Below, in pieces: positions 25,265 to 38,907 of a stretch of DNA of 64,000 bases (the stretch's first letter is position 1; each line of letters opens with the position of its first letter). Under the pieces are notes generated by a model, which was given only the letters and a program-made list of their open reading frames with translations, was not told the origin of the DNA and searched no databases. Source of the DNA: Azolla caroliniana. Its lineage: Eukaryota > Plantae > Polypodiophyta. The translations under genes and the position numbers were made by a program. The stretch covers positions 5,084,001 through 5,148,000 of the forward strand of contig JBHGNT010000008.1 in assembly GCA_043228905.1 (NCBI GenBank), in the 5' to 3' direction.

Positions 25265-28200
25265 TGAAATAACCATATCGAGTGCGAAATGCAGATTTCC
25301 ACTCATCCCCCAATCGAATTCAAACAAGATTATGTGCACCTCTTAAATCAATTTTTGTAAAATGTTTTGCCCCACCAATGCGCTCTAAAAGACTGGAGAT
25401 TAAAGGGAAAGTATACCTATTTCTTATGGTGACTTTATTTAATCCCTAATAATCCACGACTAAACAAAGCGAGCCGTCCTTTTTCTTCACAAAAAATATA
25501 GGAGCACCGGCTGGAGACTTTGAATGTCGAATAAACCCATGTGCAAGATTTTCCTAAGCTCAGTTGATGATAGATGGTAGATCGGATCCCATGATGGCTC
25601 TTTTCCTGGTTGGAGGTCAATGAGACAATCATACTGTCGATGCTTTGGAAGTACACTCGCTTTGACTTTGTCGAAAACATCAACATATTCTTGATAATTT
25701 TTGGGAATTTGGATGTCTGAATTCCCTTGACTGGCACTAGAAGGTCTCACTGATACTGCAAATAAGAAAAGTTCCTCCTTTCCTCCCACTTGGGACAATT
25801 ATTGCAATGTGATGGTTGAGATTCGATGAAAAGTAGATGGGGCACTGGTAGAACTATATTCTTTAAGGGAATAGTCATGGGTTCGATCCTTGGCAATGAT
25901 GTTTTCTGCTGAAGGGCACCAAATTTCTCGCCTCCAATTGATTCTTGGGTTATAGAGCTCAAACCATGGCAAACCTAGGACAATTGGATGTTTGGGGCTA
26001 CATATTATGTTAAAGGAAACTACACATCCTAAATCACCTAAGCATATGTGTACTGGCTCAAACTCTTCGAATATCTTCCCGAAAGCTATGGGAGGTCCAT
26101 CAATCACTACTACGGAAACTGGGCAAGGATATTTGGTGTTTTTGGGCAAAATCTCTATCCAAGAAACAAGAATAGGCTCTAGTATCTAAGAATGTTTGGA
26201 CCTGAAGTTGACAACTCGGTGTCCTAACTTGTACTTGGGTTGAGAAGACTCTACTAACATGCTTGTAAGAAATGGAACCCAAGCTAGGTTGTACAGATCT
26301 AGGGTTGTCCAACCAAATGACTTCTATTTTGGTCGGACTTATTTGTTTGACTCCTCTTCTAATTGGATTAGGACCTCAAACTTATTAGACAAGGGTGGAT
26401 TATTCATATTAGGAGCACTAACTGTTTCAAAAATGTTGGACTTTTTTATTGTAATAGTGAATTTGATTTACCTAACATCTCAGCCTATGGGAGCAATGAA
26501 TGGCTATATGTCCTGGACCTCCACAATATAAGCACAGATGGTTTGCTCAGCATTGTTGCTTCTCTTCTTTTGACAATGGTCCTCATCATTGGGTCATATC
26601 GATCTCCATGGGTGTAGGTCTATCTATTGGGATTGGACTACATGTTTGCCTTGGAGTTGGAGCAAGGCTATATGTTTGCCTTGGAGATGATTGCGCCGTT
26701 ACAAATGCATAAGTTGGTGTGAATCTTGATCGTGCTATTTGCTGTTGTCGCTCACATCGATGCCCAAAAAGACGATTATCACATCGTATTGCTCGACTAA
26801 TAGCTTTTGTAAATGATTTTGGATCCTTAGAGAAGGTAAGTAGTAAGTCTTTCACATCACTACGAAGGCCGGAACAAAATTGCCCCATTAGGGCTTATTC
26901 ATCCCAAGGAATATTGCTTGCAATGAGATGGAAATTGGCTACATATGTCGATGCTAGCTGATCACCTTGACGTATTGTACAAATCTTATTGATTGTTGTT
27001 CTTGCCCCATCTATATCTCCAAATAAAGCCTTGAATTCTTTGATAAATTCCTTGAAATTATGCAATAGAGGAGAATTTGTCTCTAGTAATGGAGCAAACC
27101 ATGACAACGTTATGCCAGTCAATAAGGTGCCCACTAACCCGACTCGTGATGCATCTGTCGGATAACACATGAGATGCATTTGAATTACCAACTATACTTG
27201 ATTCAAGAAACCTTGAAAATGTGCCCTCAAACCATCAAATTTAGTTGGGAGGCTGATTTTAGGCTCCTTGATAATTCCTTCACCTTCGACCCTTTGTTTT
27301 TGTAAAACTACGATTGTCGTCTCTAATTGTCGACAGTAACCTTTTGTAGATCTTCAAGAAGACATTGATTCTCTAATTCAAGAGATGCGAACTTGGTTTT
27401 AAGATTCTCCATTTCTGCAAGAAGGGTGAGATATTCTTTTGAGTTAATGGTGGCCATGGTTTCGTGACGTTTATAGAAGAGGATAAATGAGAGAGAAAAT
27501 TCGAATCAAACTGTCAAAACCAATAATAAAAGAGAGTGATTGAAGAAGGATATAAGAGAACACGAGAAGAAAAGGGACAAAATGATAAGAGAAGAATGAG
27601 TGTATTAAGATAGAAAGTGAAAGGGAATGGATACAAGATATACAATGAGAGCTAAAGACTGGTGTTGATTCAACGGCAGTGTCCACTCCACTCCTCTTAA
27701 TGACAAATCTCAAGAGGTGTTGGAATTGGTTAGCCCAATAACTCTTTGGATTCTATGGAAACAATGATGTAGGCGAGTCTTCTCCAACCAAACCGCACAT
27801 CCAACAAGGTTAGTACAAGAGATATGGAGTGAAATTGTAGCCACTCTAAAGAGCCAATATGATGGCCTTAAGGGCGGCTCCGATGGAGTTGAAAGACAAC
27901 GAATAGCCTTTATCCAACAATGGTCGTCCTCTTCCTTTCTTGAGTCAATGGGCATCCACATAAGATGGAACTATCGCGTCCCTACAGGGATTTGTACATA
28001 ATCGTCTCATTTATAAAATTTTATAACTAATGGAAGGAGTTTTTTTTTGGAAAAAAAGAAAAGAAGAAGAAGACTGGTGTTGATTCGAATTGATTTGAGA
28101 ATAATTGTATGTCTATATTTATAGGTTCCTATAGAATAGCCTAGGGATTTCTATAGTGTTCTACACCTAGAATATTCTAAGATGTTCTAGGATATTCTAC

Positions 28201-28371
28201 AATGTTCTAGAATGTTACCAAAGTATTTACAATAATTAGTATATTATAAAAAACAACTTTTATATCATTTATATGATCATAGGCTATCTTAATGGTTGGG
28301 TTGTTGATTATGTATTACAAGGTATTGGGTTCAAGCATAGGTGAAGCCATTATATTGATGTATTTATGACA
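25265..28371 (-). mobile_element. Divergent Tcn1-like copy 4: 5' LTR (27512-28371, split by an L1), decayed gag, PR and RT start
   Basis: YPTDASRVGLVGTLL, HPIVLGLPW and DLQPGKEP motifs; LTR TG...CA. Confidence 0.85.
27672..28069 (+). mobile_element. 5'-truncated L1-type LINE (ORF2 C-terminus plus A-rich tail) with 17-bp TSD
   Basis: AAGACTGGTGTTGATTC at 27655-27671 and 28070-28086; translation LWILWKQ*CRRVF typical of plant L1 ORF2 end; A/GAA tail. Confidence 0.85.
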
Positions 28372-29169
28372 CTCCCCTGTCCAGCCATATTATACAGGGA
28401 TCCTTTCAAGGGAAAGTAACAATGACGATAAATATTGCCTGATCCTTGCTAGTGAGAACTTTCACCCACATAAAACGAGCTTCTGGCTCTGTCCTTAGTA
28501 TTTCTATCCTATTATGTATCTCTCTCCGAAATAGTATTGCAACCACTCCAGACCCTCTAGTAGTGTGTCGACGTGAGTATGTATCTATCTACGAAATAGT
28601 ATTGCAACCCCTCCAAACCCTCTAGTAGTGTGTCGACGTGAGGTTTGGTCTAAAGGACAGACTCCCAACGAAAACCTCCAACTTTTGGTAGTCCTCTATT
28701 TGGGCTCTGATGTGTTTCTACTAAAAAAGAGAGTATATCAGATACCTTCAAAATCTCCTCCAGACGGCCAGGGTGTGTGTCCAAAGTGCACCGTTACAGT
28801 TCTATAAAGTCATCCTAATTTTATTGTCTTGTCACATGGGCCACACACGCCGGCAATTGGTGGCACGATCATTTACATATTATTTACTCGTCCGTGTCAG
28901 TAAGCGAAAAATAGGCCAGAAACATAAATAAGCAAAACTTACAGATAATCGTGAAGAGTTTTCTTTTTTTCTTTTTTCCTTTTTTTGTTTTCTTTTTGAA
29001 AAGGAAAACAAAAAACAGAGCAATTTTAGGGTTTCCAAACAGTGGCCATGGCCTCCTTCCTCTGAGAGCTCCTCCTTCCGGCCATGGCGATCGTCTCTTT
29101 CTGAGCAGCCTTTCGAGTTTTCGATTTTGACGGGGTCTCTCCCAGAAGCAGAATCGACGAGCGCCAGCT

Positions 29170-32100
29170 ATGGAGTTTCGAGATCCATACGCTTCTCTCA
29201 GAGATCGGAAACTTGTGGTAAGTCCATTTCTTACTTCTCTTGCCTGTTTCTTTTTCATGTCCATATAGCTTGTCTCGGAGATCGATCACCTGCGGTAAGA
29301 AACTCTTTTTTGCGTTGATTTTGCTGTCTTTCGCTTCTCTCTTATCCACTCGCATCTCTCGGGAAAGAAGATTTGTTATCAGCCCTTTGCATTTACCTTT
29401 TCTTTTTTTGTTTAGTTCCTTTCTTGTTTCTGCGCTCCTTTTAGAGCATTAAAAACCTGTAGCAAGTCGTCTTTGCTTTGTTGCTGTGTTAAAAAAAACT
29501 AGCTTTGTTACATTCCATTTCTTTCAAAATTTATGGAGTGTTTGCTGCTGATTGCTCTGGAAGCAAGATAATTTTGGTAAATTCGGAACTTTTAGTGGCG
29601 GATTTTCTCTGGGTTTCTCTGGAATGAAGAAATGCAGGACTTCACCTTGTGGGTTTCTCCCGTCCAAATTGATTTCTTTGGAGAAACTATGTGGTTTCTC
29701 ATCTCTGTAAGACTTACAATTCTACTCTTTTTGTCACGAATCCCCCCTCTCCCACTGAGTTGATTTCTTTTCTTAGGAGAAATTGCAATGGTCATTTCTT
29801 TCTGGAATGGAGACACGCCTAAAATCCACGCCGTATAATTGTGAATTTCTCCTGTCTGAATGAATTTCTTAGGAGTAATTGTGGTGAAGCTGAGGTTTCA
29901 AGAAATTGTAGTGATCTTGCAAGGCCTCAAATTGAGGTCTTTTCATTATGGATTCCTCCTTCTAGAGTTTCACTGACGGAAATTACAGAGATTTTGAGGC
30001 TTACAGTCTTACATCTCAAGTTTACTTCTGAAAGGATTTTTTGACAGGAATTGGTTGATGTTTTGATGCAATTTTGTAGCTGCCTTGCAATGTAGGGAGA
30101 GGACAAGCTGAGATAATAAGTTATAATTGCACTTTAGGCGTGTTGTAAAGATCAAACTGTTTTAAAACTTTAGAGGAGTTCATCAAAATACCCATAAGCT
30201 TTAGTAAGTTTCTGAAATATCCATACCTATCTCTCTGCAGATCTCTGCTCTGCTGCCCAAGTTCATTACATGAAATCCTAATATACAGAGACCAAGATAG
30301 TGTTGTAATTACAGAATTATATCTAACTACCAAACCAAGGGTTGATTACAAGTATTCTCAGATGTTGTAGGTCCCCCACATGTCGCCAAGCAGATTAATT
30401 GCCCATCACTGATTAATTTTCCATGCTCATAGCTTAGGAAGCATAAGTAATTCAAGTAGATTTCTTTTTTCTATCAGGAATATTTCCACCGTGAACCTTA
30501 GAATCATTTTCTTTCAAGCATAAGCATGCATAGTCCATGATTATTCCAAACTTCCAAGGGGAGAAGTTTTGCCAAATCAAACTTTATCGAACTTCTTTCT
30601 GCTCTTGCTGCTTTCCTTTCAGTAATAATGAATGCATACAGCATGTCTGCTAGTTTAATACCAATGCATTGAGTGCATTATGAATAAGAGACTCTAGACA
30701 TCCACTGAGTTATTGCTCAATTCACAAGGTTACCTCATAAAAATTTCACAAGGGTTATAGTGATAAACCTTGTGCTTTGGAATTGTTAGATTGTGATTTC
30801 ATCCTTAGAAGAGGGCCTGATGCAGTATTTATTATGGAAACTTTTTAAGAATTTTAGTTTGAGATTATGGCACATGCAAAAGCAGTTGCCTACTAAAGAA
30901 ATGGCTTCACAACATTGATATTGTTATTGTTATTTTTCACAACATGCGTGAAACTGAAAACATTGCCCTTTCAGAGGCAATGCTAACAAAGCAACCATAT
31001 CATTTTAATCATATAGAGCAAGCTCCAACATACATGATTGTAATAGCTAAGGGTCATGATAGGGGAGAATTTCATTATGATATATATTTCATTAATGAAT
31101 ATGGTGGTAGAAGTGGGCAGTGAAAATTGGGAAATATCCTAAAGTGACAGCATTCTTAAAAGAAAATCTTAGGATACCCACATGAACTCATAGTTGGGGT
31201 TGTTACACACTTGATCTAATAGAGCCCTGCCTTTGTGTCCTGCATTTCTGCTCTTCACTTCATAACTATAGTGGCCCCCATCACAATATTGTTATTGGCC
31301 TGTATCTATCTATTACATGCGTATTGACGATGTTGTTACCCTGAGACGTTTATGTTTCCTACTTACCTCTCATTAGATTGCTACTCTGAAGATTGCTGAC
31401 TACATCATATCAACAATTATAGACCTTTCTTACACACTTAATCTCAGTGACCTTGACACCTTAGCCTGTTGCTTGTTTTTTATTATTTGGTAATTTCTTC
31501 AGAATTATGCTGCGAAACTCCCCATGGTCTCTATATACAACTAATTAAACTAGTTTTTTATGAAAAACTAGAAAGGTTGCCTTGAGGTAGAGGCAAAGAT
31601 GACGATTATGATATTTCAACGTCCTCAGAAGACCTGAAACATGACCTCCTCTGCTGTTGTCAAAATTTCAAGAGACCTCCTCTGCTGTTGTCAAAAAGTA
31701 TCAATAGGTGTCCCATGAAATTTTCTTAAGGCCAGTCCTATGTTCAAGTAGAGTAGACAATACATAGATGCACCTAAGAGTGGGGTGATGTCTGACTTGA
31801 ACTTGTGCAAACCTGGTGCATTGGGTAATTAATGGTGGGAAGCATTGTCATGTGGCCATGAATGCTTCACATCATATTCGGAAATGCTCTTTTTTCTCAA
31901 TCTCCTGAGTGGGGATTGCAGATATGGTACGATATAGGTAGAACGCTCATCCATTCTCAATTTCAATCAAGTTCATGCCAATGAATGCGAGGGGAAGTGG
32001 TTGCTGTATCACGTTGAATTGCAGGAAGAGGATAATATGTTGTTGGGTGTGCCCCTTTCCTTCCTATTAGGTTTATTGACATGTTGGGTTTTTTTTAACT

Positions 32101-35100
32101 CAATAGTATTGTAATTTGCTATTAATATCATTGTTCCATTTGGCTACTTCAATCAAGAGGGGGTATGCTTTCTCTCAAATATCCACCCCATATAGCATTG
32201 AATTGTCCAAAATTTGTCTGCCATCTATTATTTAGATTGTATTTGAATTTGAAGATATGGTAAGTGGTCCAGCTAGTTTTCAAGTACTATCCTATGTACA
32301 TACCCCTATTATGGTTTTCCAGGATTTCAATTCTCAACTATTTGAAAGAGCTCACATATTCAATTGCCCCTCCTATGCAAGGGAGGGAGGGATAGATGGG
32401 TGAAAGGAGAGGAAGCGTGAGTTGAAGATCATGCATTGAACCATCCCTACGTTCTGCAATGTTGTGTAGTTTAGAGAGAGGGAGGGAGAGAGAGAGACAG
32501 AGGGAGAGAGAGAGGGAGGGAGGGAGAGAGAGAGACTCTTGCTCAAATTGGCAGTATTTTCAATATCAATCCTCATCAACATCATGGAGACGTGACAAAA
32601 GTTGGCACATAAATATGCTGTGTTCAGGAGGCCTATATGAGCAGCAGCTTATCATGGGTGTGGGCTAGTTGTGGCAAGTTTTCTACCAATAGAGGTAAGA
32701 GAGAGGAAGAGAGAGGGAGAGACTTGGTAAGGTTGTCAGACAGAGACTAGGAGGACATGAATTCCAACCCTACATTTTCACTGTGCCATCTAGTAAATGT
32801 GCAATTAGTGAGATTTGAATCCTGGTGTAAGGGTTAATAAAAATGAGGCTAACCACAGTAATACAGCCTGCCCAATGTAGGAAAAAGGAGAGAAGAGGTT
32901 GAGTTATGCGATAGCTAGAATTTAGTGTCTGTTTGTAGAATCCAAGAAATCTAAAGATTTAGGCTTTCTTCTGCAGTTCAAACAATCTCTGTAGGCTAGA
33001 TATATTTTGTTTGCAAGATTGAAAATGTTGGTATTGCCTTTCAACGTGGAGCTTGCGAAATTCTTAAAGAAAGGCATCTCTAGATATCATTTCTGTAGAA
33101 TCTAGGTGTATATCGGCTGGACACGATGGAACGGATTATAGTGTTTATGTCTGCTTCTATGTTTAGTGTATTGTCACTAGTGCCTTTTTCTTGGATGGAT
33201 AACTTGCTCTCTCTTGTTTGCGTTATTCTTTTTACAAACTATATATGTGCCACATTATCATATCTCTGAAATAAGAATGAGTGTATTTAAACTGTGGAAT
33301 GAGATTCAGGCCTGACTTTCTTATTTGATTCATATAAATTACTGTAAATCGTGTAGCTCAATGTGAATTTGTGTGGTTGATATCTTCTGTATAAGATCAA
33401 TGTTCTCTTTCACACTTGCATCTAGAAAGTAAACTTTTGAAATTCTTCATGTCACTGGTTGGAAATCTTAACTAAAGCAGGTGAAAGTTCTCATACAAAA
33501 GCTAATATTTGCTCGATTCCTTCCACCTCACTTTGAAAGATAAGCGTGCAAAGCTTATATGCTGGAAAATATATTAAACTAAGAATATTCTATACAATAC
33601 TGAATCCATATTCACAATTTACAACTGATTATTGTGTAACTCACAGGGTAAGTCTTTCATCTGCTAGTGTCAAGTATGCTAAAAGTTCACATGCAAACAA
33701 ATTCAATTTATGTGTCCACTTAGAGTTGTGCATGCGGTCATAGAACTTTTTGAAATGCTTTTGCTTTTCTAGTGTTTATTGTTTTAGATTTCACATATTG
33801 ATACCTTGATAAATTCTCCATCCTCATTCAAATGGGGGCTGGCCCTTTCTCTTAGGTGATTATAAATCTAGCATTATTAGATGTTCAATGATTTTTGCTT
33901 GAAGAGAGGTCAAGAGTAGTTTCGTTTATCCATGAGCTGGTGTCCTCTAATTTATTATGTAGTTAAAAAGGGAAGTAATATATGAAGATTTTGGCTATTT
34001 CTTTAAGTCCGTATGCGTTCGGGCAATTGTCAAGTCCTAACTCCACTTCTATGGATAAAACTTGGTAGTTATCTTCTTTGTGTAAATGTTTTTGAGAGGC
34101 TTTATTTTCTACAGTAAGTATTGCATTTTTTATGGTTCAGTCTGCTGTTGGCCGAAAGCAAGAGGTGATTGAAATTCAATGTAATGGCTTATGTACTTTG
34201 CACTATTGGATTGAATGCTCATCTATTTTTGCACATTGATGGGAGTAGTGGCTATTCCACCTTATGCATACAATAGTTTGTCTATGGTAGTAGTTGCTTA
34301 AATTCGGATGTGCATTTATACCCCACATTTTTCTAGTTTATTCATTTATTTATTTTATCAGTTGACTTCCTGTTATTTTGATAATAGCATCTGAATGTGA
34401 GCATGTGGTTAATTCATCCCGTTTCTCTCTTTTTGGGTGTTAATCTTGATTATTTAGAAACTGATCTGTGGTCTGACTTATGCAACAGGTTTTAGGTATT
34501 CCGTTTGATGTTGAAACAGAAGAATTGAAGTATTATCTGCAAAAGTTTGGAGAGCTTGAAGACTGTATTGTTATGAAGGTTTATTATGCCTTTGAAATGC
34601 TTCCTCTAATAACAATGTTCCCAATGTCAGTTCATGAATATTGGTCATGGACTTTTATTCTCATTTGCAGGATCGTCTAACCGGTCAGTCTCGTGGTTTT
34701 GGTTATGCAACCTTTGTGACAGCAGAAGATGCAAAGGTGATATATATTGTATGCTCTTTGCTTCATTTTCCTTGCTATATTAAACCTTAATTTATCGTCA
34801 TCATGCAGAAAGTCACTGCAGCACATCATGTTCTAAGTGGGCGAACACTTGATATCAAAGTTGCAACTCCAAAGGTAAAAAAACATGAAGACATATAATG
34901 GAATAGGCTCTCGTCATGTTCATAGACGTGTTATAATTTATGTGGATGTTTTTACTGGGCGGCAGGATGAAATGACACAATCTACATCTAGAAAGGGTGT
35001 TCGAATTTTTGTTGCAAGAATACCTCCTCATGTCACAGAGGGAATGTTCCGAAGGTGAGTCATATTGGACACTGTAATGACGAAAAGGCCTTGTCTGGTT

Positions 35101-38100
35101 TTTGGGTTGCTAATGTTTTTCTCTGTTGGTGGACATCATAGCTATTTTCAGAAATATGGCGTTATTGTTGATGCATATATGCCGAAGGTATGTTTCTAAG
35201 TGTGATTCTTATCCTCGTCAACTGGTTCCGTTAAATCAATAATGTATTATATCAGTATCATAGAACGTAATAAACGTGTTCGATCAAGCATACAAATGTT
35301 TGAAAACGTTTGGAAACGAACATGTTTGAAAAGGGAAAAATGCGTGTTCCTTTTTTTCTGTCTTTTTCTTTTTTATTATTGGAAATTACCTTACCTTAGT
35401 GGTAAGTTAATATGGTATTACTGCCCATGTCTCGTGTTCGAAACCTAATTTTGTCACTACTCTCTCTCTCTCTCTCTCTCGTCAGTGTCATAGTAAAATT
35501 TTATGTTAGTGTCATGTTTTCTTCATATTCTCGAATATATGTTTTGAGTTTTTGAACGTTTGATTATAAATTATAAATTATAATGACATATTTTGATTCA
35601 ATCTCTATAGTTCATACTCATTTTTTTGTATAGTTCTAAAGTGAAGAAATTGATACCTTCACTAGTTGCGAGATAAGAACATTGATAATTGCAAGATGAG
35701 CTCATCATCAATACAATTATGTCTTTGAACTATTTGATTTTTATGCTCGTGCTTTCTAATGTTTAGTAGTTAGGTAATTCCTAACTTTTGAACTTTCAAT
35801 TGTGTTGGCATGTGATTCAATCAATATATAATATAGACCATAGTCATTTTTTAAAATTCAACTTACAAATCCAATCCAACTTTGAGATGATTTACCATAC
35901 ATGTTTGATTGAATCATTCTCGAATGCGAATGCTGTATGATATGTATGGTTCATTCTATGATCAATATATAATATTGCAAGGAATTTTGCAATAGCTTGT
36001 GTGGCACATTGAGTAATTCATCGTGCTCGATTGTCCAGTTATTGCCTCCTTTTTGTTTGGATTTTTGCTTAATAATCACTTGTTTTTTGTATTTCATTTT
36101 GTTTCTCTCCACTAATTGTTTGTCTCCAGGATGTGGGTTCCAGAATGCATCGGGGAATTGGGTTTGTGACCTTTGAGAGTACAGGTATGTAGTGAATTGA
36201 TATCAAGCTTAGGGTTTTGATATCATAGATAAATGAATGACTTGATTACTACTTCTGCTCTTTACAGACTCGGTGGATAAAATCATGACTGAGACACATG
36301 AACTTGGGGGCTCAACGATAGCAGTGGATAGAGCCACCCCGAAGGTAATATCTGAAAGCTTTACACATGGCAACATGTCAACAACAAATCCAATTAATAT
36401 TGGTAACTCAAGCTGGTTTTTCATGCAGGATGAAACAGCACCGAAGTTCTGGGGTGGCAAATCCCATTCCGAACAGTCAAACAAATCTTACCCTCAGCAG
36501 TGGGGTAAAGATCTCCCCGATCAGTGGGTGAAATCTATACCTGAGGAGTGGTCAAAGTGTATTCCTGAGGAATGGGCGAAAGCATATCCCGAACAATTTA
36601 ATTTCTTCATGGCAGCAGCTGCAGCAGCGGCTCAGATGGGTGCCTTTGGTGGAATGGAAGGTTTTGATTTTTCATCTTTTGGTTTCCCTAATGGAATGGG
36701 CACTGAGAAATTAGAAAGTGCATGGTCTGCCCCTGATACTGGAGCAAAAGATCCAAAGGAATTACCTGGAGGTGATGAACAGTTGCAACCATTACTTGGT
36801 GGTGCTCAGGCCTATGGCCATCAGAATGATTCAGTTGCAAGTAATGCACCAGTTGCTAGCTCTACAGCTTCTGTTTATGATCCAGAATCTGCACAAAACA
36901 ATCCAGCCTCTGCATATGCTACTTCTGCTAATAACAATATGTATTATCCGGAATCTGGTTATGGTGGATATGGCTCTGGATCACAGGCTGCTAGTATACC
37001 TTCCACATATGGTTCTAGCATGTCTCAAAGTGGAGTACCAGCAGCACCAGCTTCATATGGAGGTGATTTTACATATAATGTTATGCCAGCTCCCCCAGAG
37101 ACTTACAATTCTGGTGGTTATTACGATGGGGCTGTACGCAACTCTTCGTCTGCTGTTCAGTCATATGGACCCGAATATGCATCTCGTACTGGTTATAGTG
37201 CTTCCTATGGTAGTGGGCCAGGTGCTTCTTATTCGGATTCTAGATACAGTTCGAATAACCCTTTAGCTCCTCATGGTGTTGGATATGGTCCACGATCCTC
37301 GTACAGAGGTGCAGCTTATGGTCAGGACGAACCATATAGCAATGAGGCCCGATCTGGATACAGTGGTCTCCCTGTTCCCTCATCAGGCAACAAAGTGTTC
37401 ATTGGAAAGCTTCCTCATGAAGCTACAGCTGAACATTTGCGAACTTACTTCAGTTCATTCGGTCGCATTTTGGATGTCTATATTCCAAAGGTAGGATATG
37501 GACAGGAAGATATTTTTTGAAACATGTATTTAGTCTGTAAATTCTCAATGAAACTTGTTTCACGGAATCACATCTCTGTAAATGTTGAGATATTCTTCCA
37601 AACATAGTCATGACATGATTGACAAAGCGTCATTATGTTTATATGAATGCTATAGGATGCAAAGAAGACTGGACATAGAGGCTTTGGATTTGTTACCTTC
37701 TTTGATGATAACGTCGCTGAACAAGTTGCAATGGCATCACATGAAATTCTTGGACAGCCTGTAAGCTTTGGCTTAATGTAATATATGGATGTAAAACAGG
37801 CTATGCTGTTCTCTTTACAAGTAAGTTGGAATGCAGGTTGCAGTAGACCGACCCACTCCTCAGGATAGTAGTGCAAATATGCCATACGCCACTTGGGGAA
37901 GCAATGTGCAGAGAATGGGATATGGAGGAGGTCACCACGGGAATCCTGATTACTACACTCCAGGGGTAAGCATATTAGGACGTTTAGTTGCATGTGATTT
38001 GAGCAAAAAATTTCTGTCTTTTTGACACCAGCAATGAGCATATGAGGCCAGAAAGTTTAGAAACAAGCATAATAAATGTACATACCCTCCGAGCACTTCA

Positions 38101-38907
38101 TGGCCTAAAATCTTTAGAAATAATCCCATACATAGCTTCGAGCACTCCCAATGACTTTGGAAAAAACTATAACTCTCTTAGCACGTACATTGCATTGATT
38201 AAGGTAAATTTTGATCTATTTGGGAACATAGGGTCATACATTCTTCATTATGATGAATGCATGTGATGAAGGTGCACACAACATATTACTGAGCAAACAA
38301 GTTTTTGGTGGCAAAACTCCACCTGGTGATTTATACTTTTCATAGGAATTTGTAAAGCAAAATGAGAACTGGTATGTTTGCATGAAAACATCTCACAAAC
38401 ATCAATATTATTATGCCATTTTTATTGTTTCTATTTTTACCATGGGAAACACTAATATATTCTTATCATTTTTATATTTACCAGATTGCCTTCTGTTTTA
38501 TATGAGTACTGAAATATGAATATCAGAAAACCCCATAGTTTAAATTAGGCTTAATTTTCATTATTGTAATTAGTGCCCTAATCAGATTATACTAGTAGGC
38601 TTATTTGTTAGTTTGGCTATTTATCGGCTGATTACCTATTATATGGATGACTAATCAATGAGCGTATTGATCTGTAATCAATTTGCAAGTTTGTTACGTA
38701 AAACAATTCCTCCTCAAACCACATGACTAAGTGCCTGCAAAACATATGGTGGTGGTGGTGTTATCACATATGGTTTTGTCAGCAGTTATAAGTGTGATGT
38801 GTGTATTTCAGATGGGTCATTATGGTGGTGGACGACAGTCAAGTTCATACGATGCTGCAGGTGCAAGTAGGTCACACCACTATGATGCCAGATACAGGCC
38901 GTATTAA
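29170..38907 (+). CDS. Triple-RRM hnRNP-like RNA-binding protein (At4g36960-like); exons 29170-29217, 34489-34578, 34671-34736, 34809-34874, 34966-35054, 35142-35187, 36130-36184, 36268-36344, 36429-37490, 37656-37760, 37837-37965, 38812-38907
   Basis: GT-AG introns with consistent phases; RKLV|VLGIPFD, SRGFGYATF, HRGIGFVTF, HRGFGFVTF; C-terminal RYRPY (PY-NLS type). Confidence 0.92.

Noticed and set aside
28527-28642. ~50-bp direct duplication upstream of the RRM gene
   Set aside because: Probably a TE remnant; no assignable function
32790-32870. Possible minus-strand tRNA/SINE relic in RRM intron 1
   Set aside because: A and B boxes too degenerate; no TSD or second copy in the window
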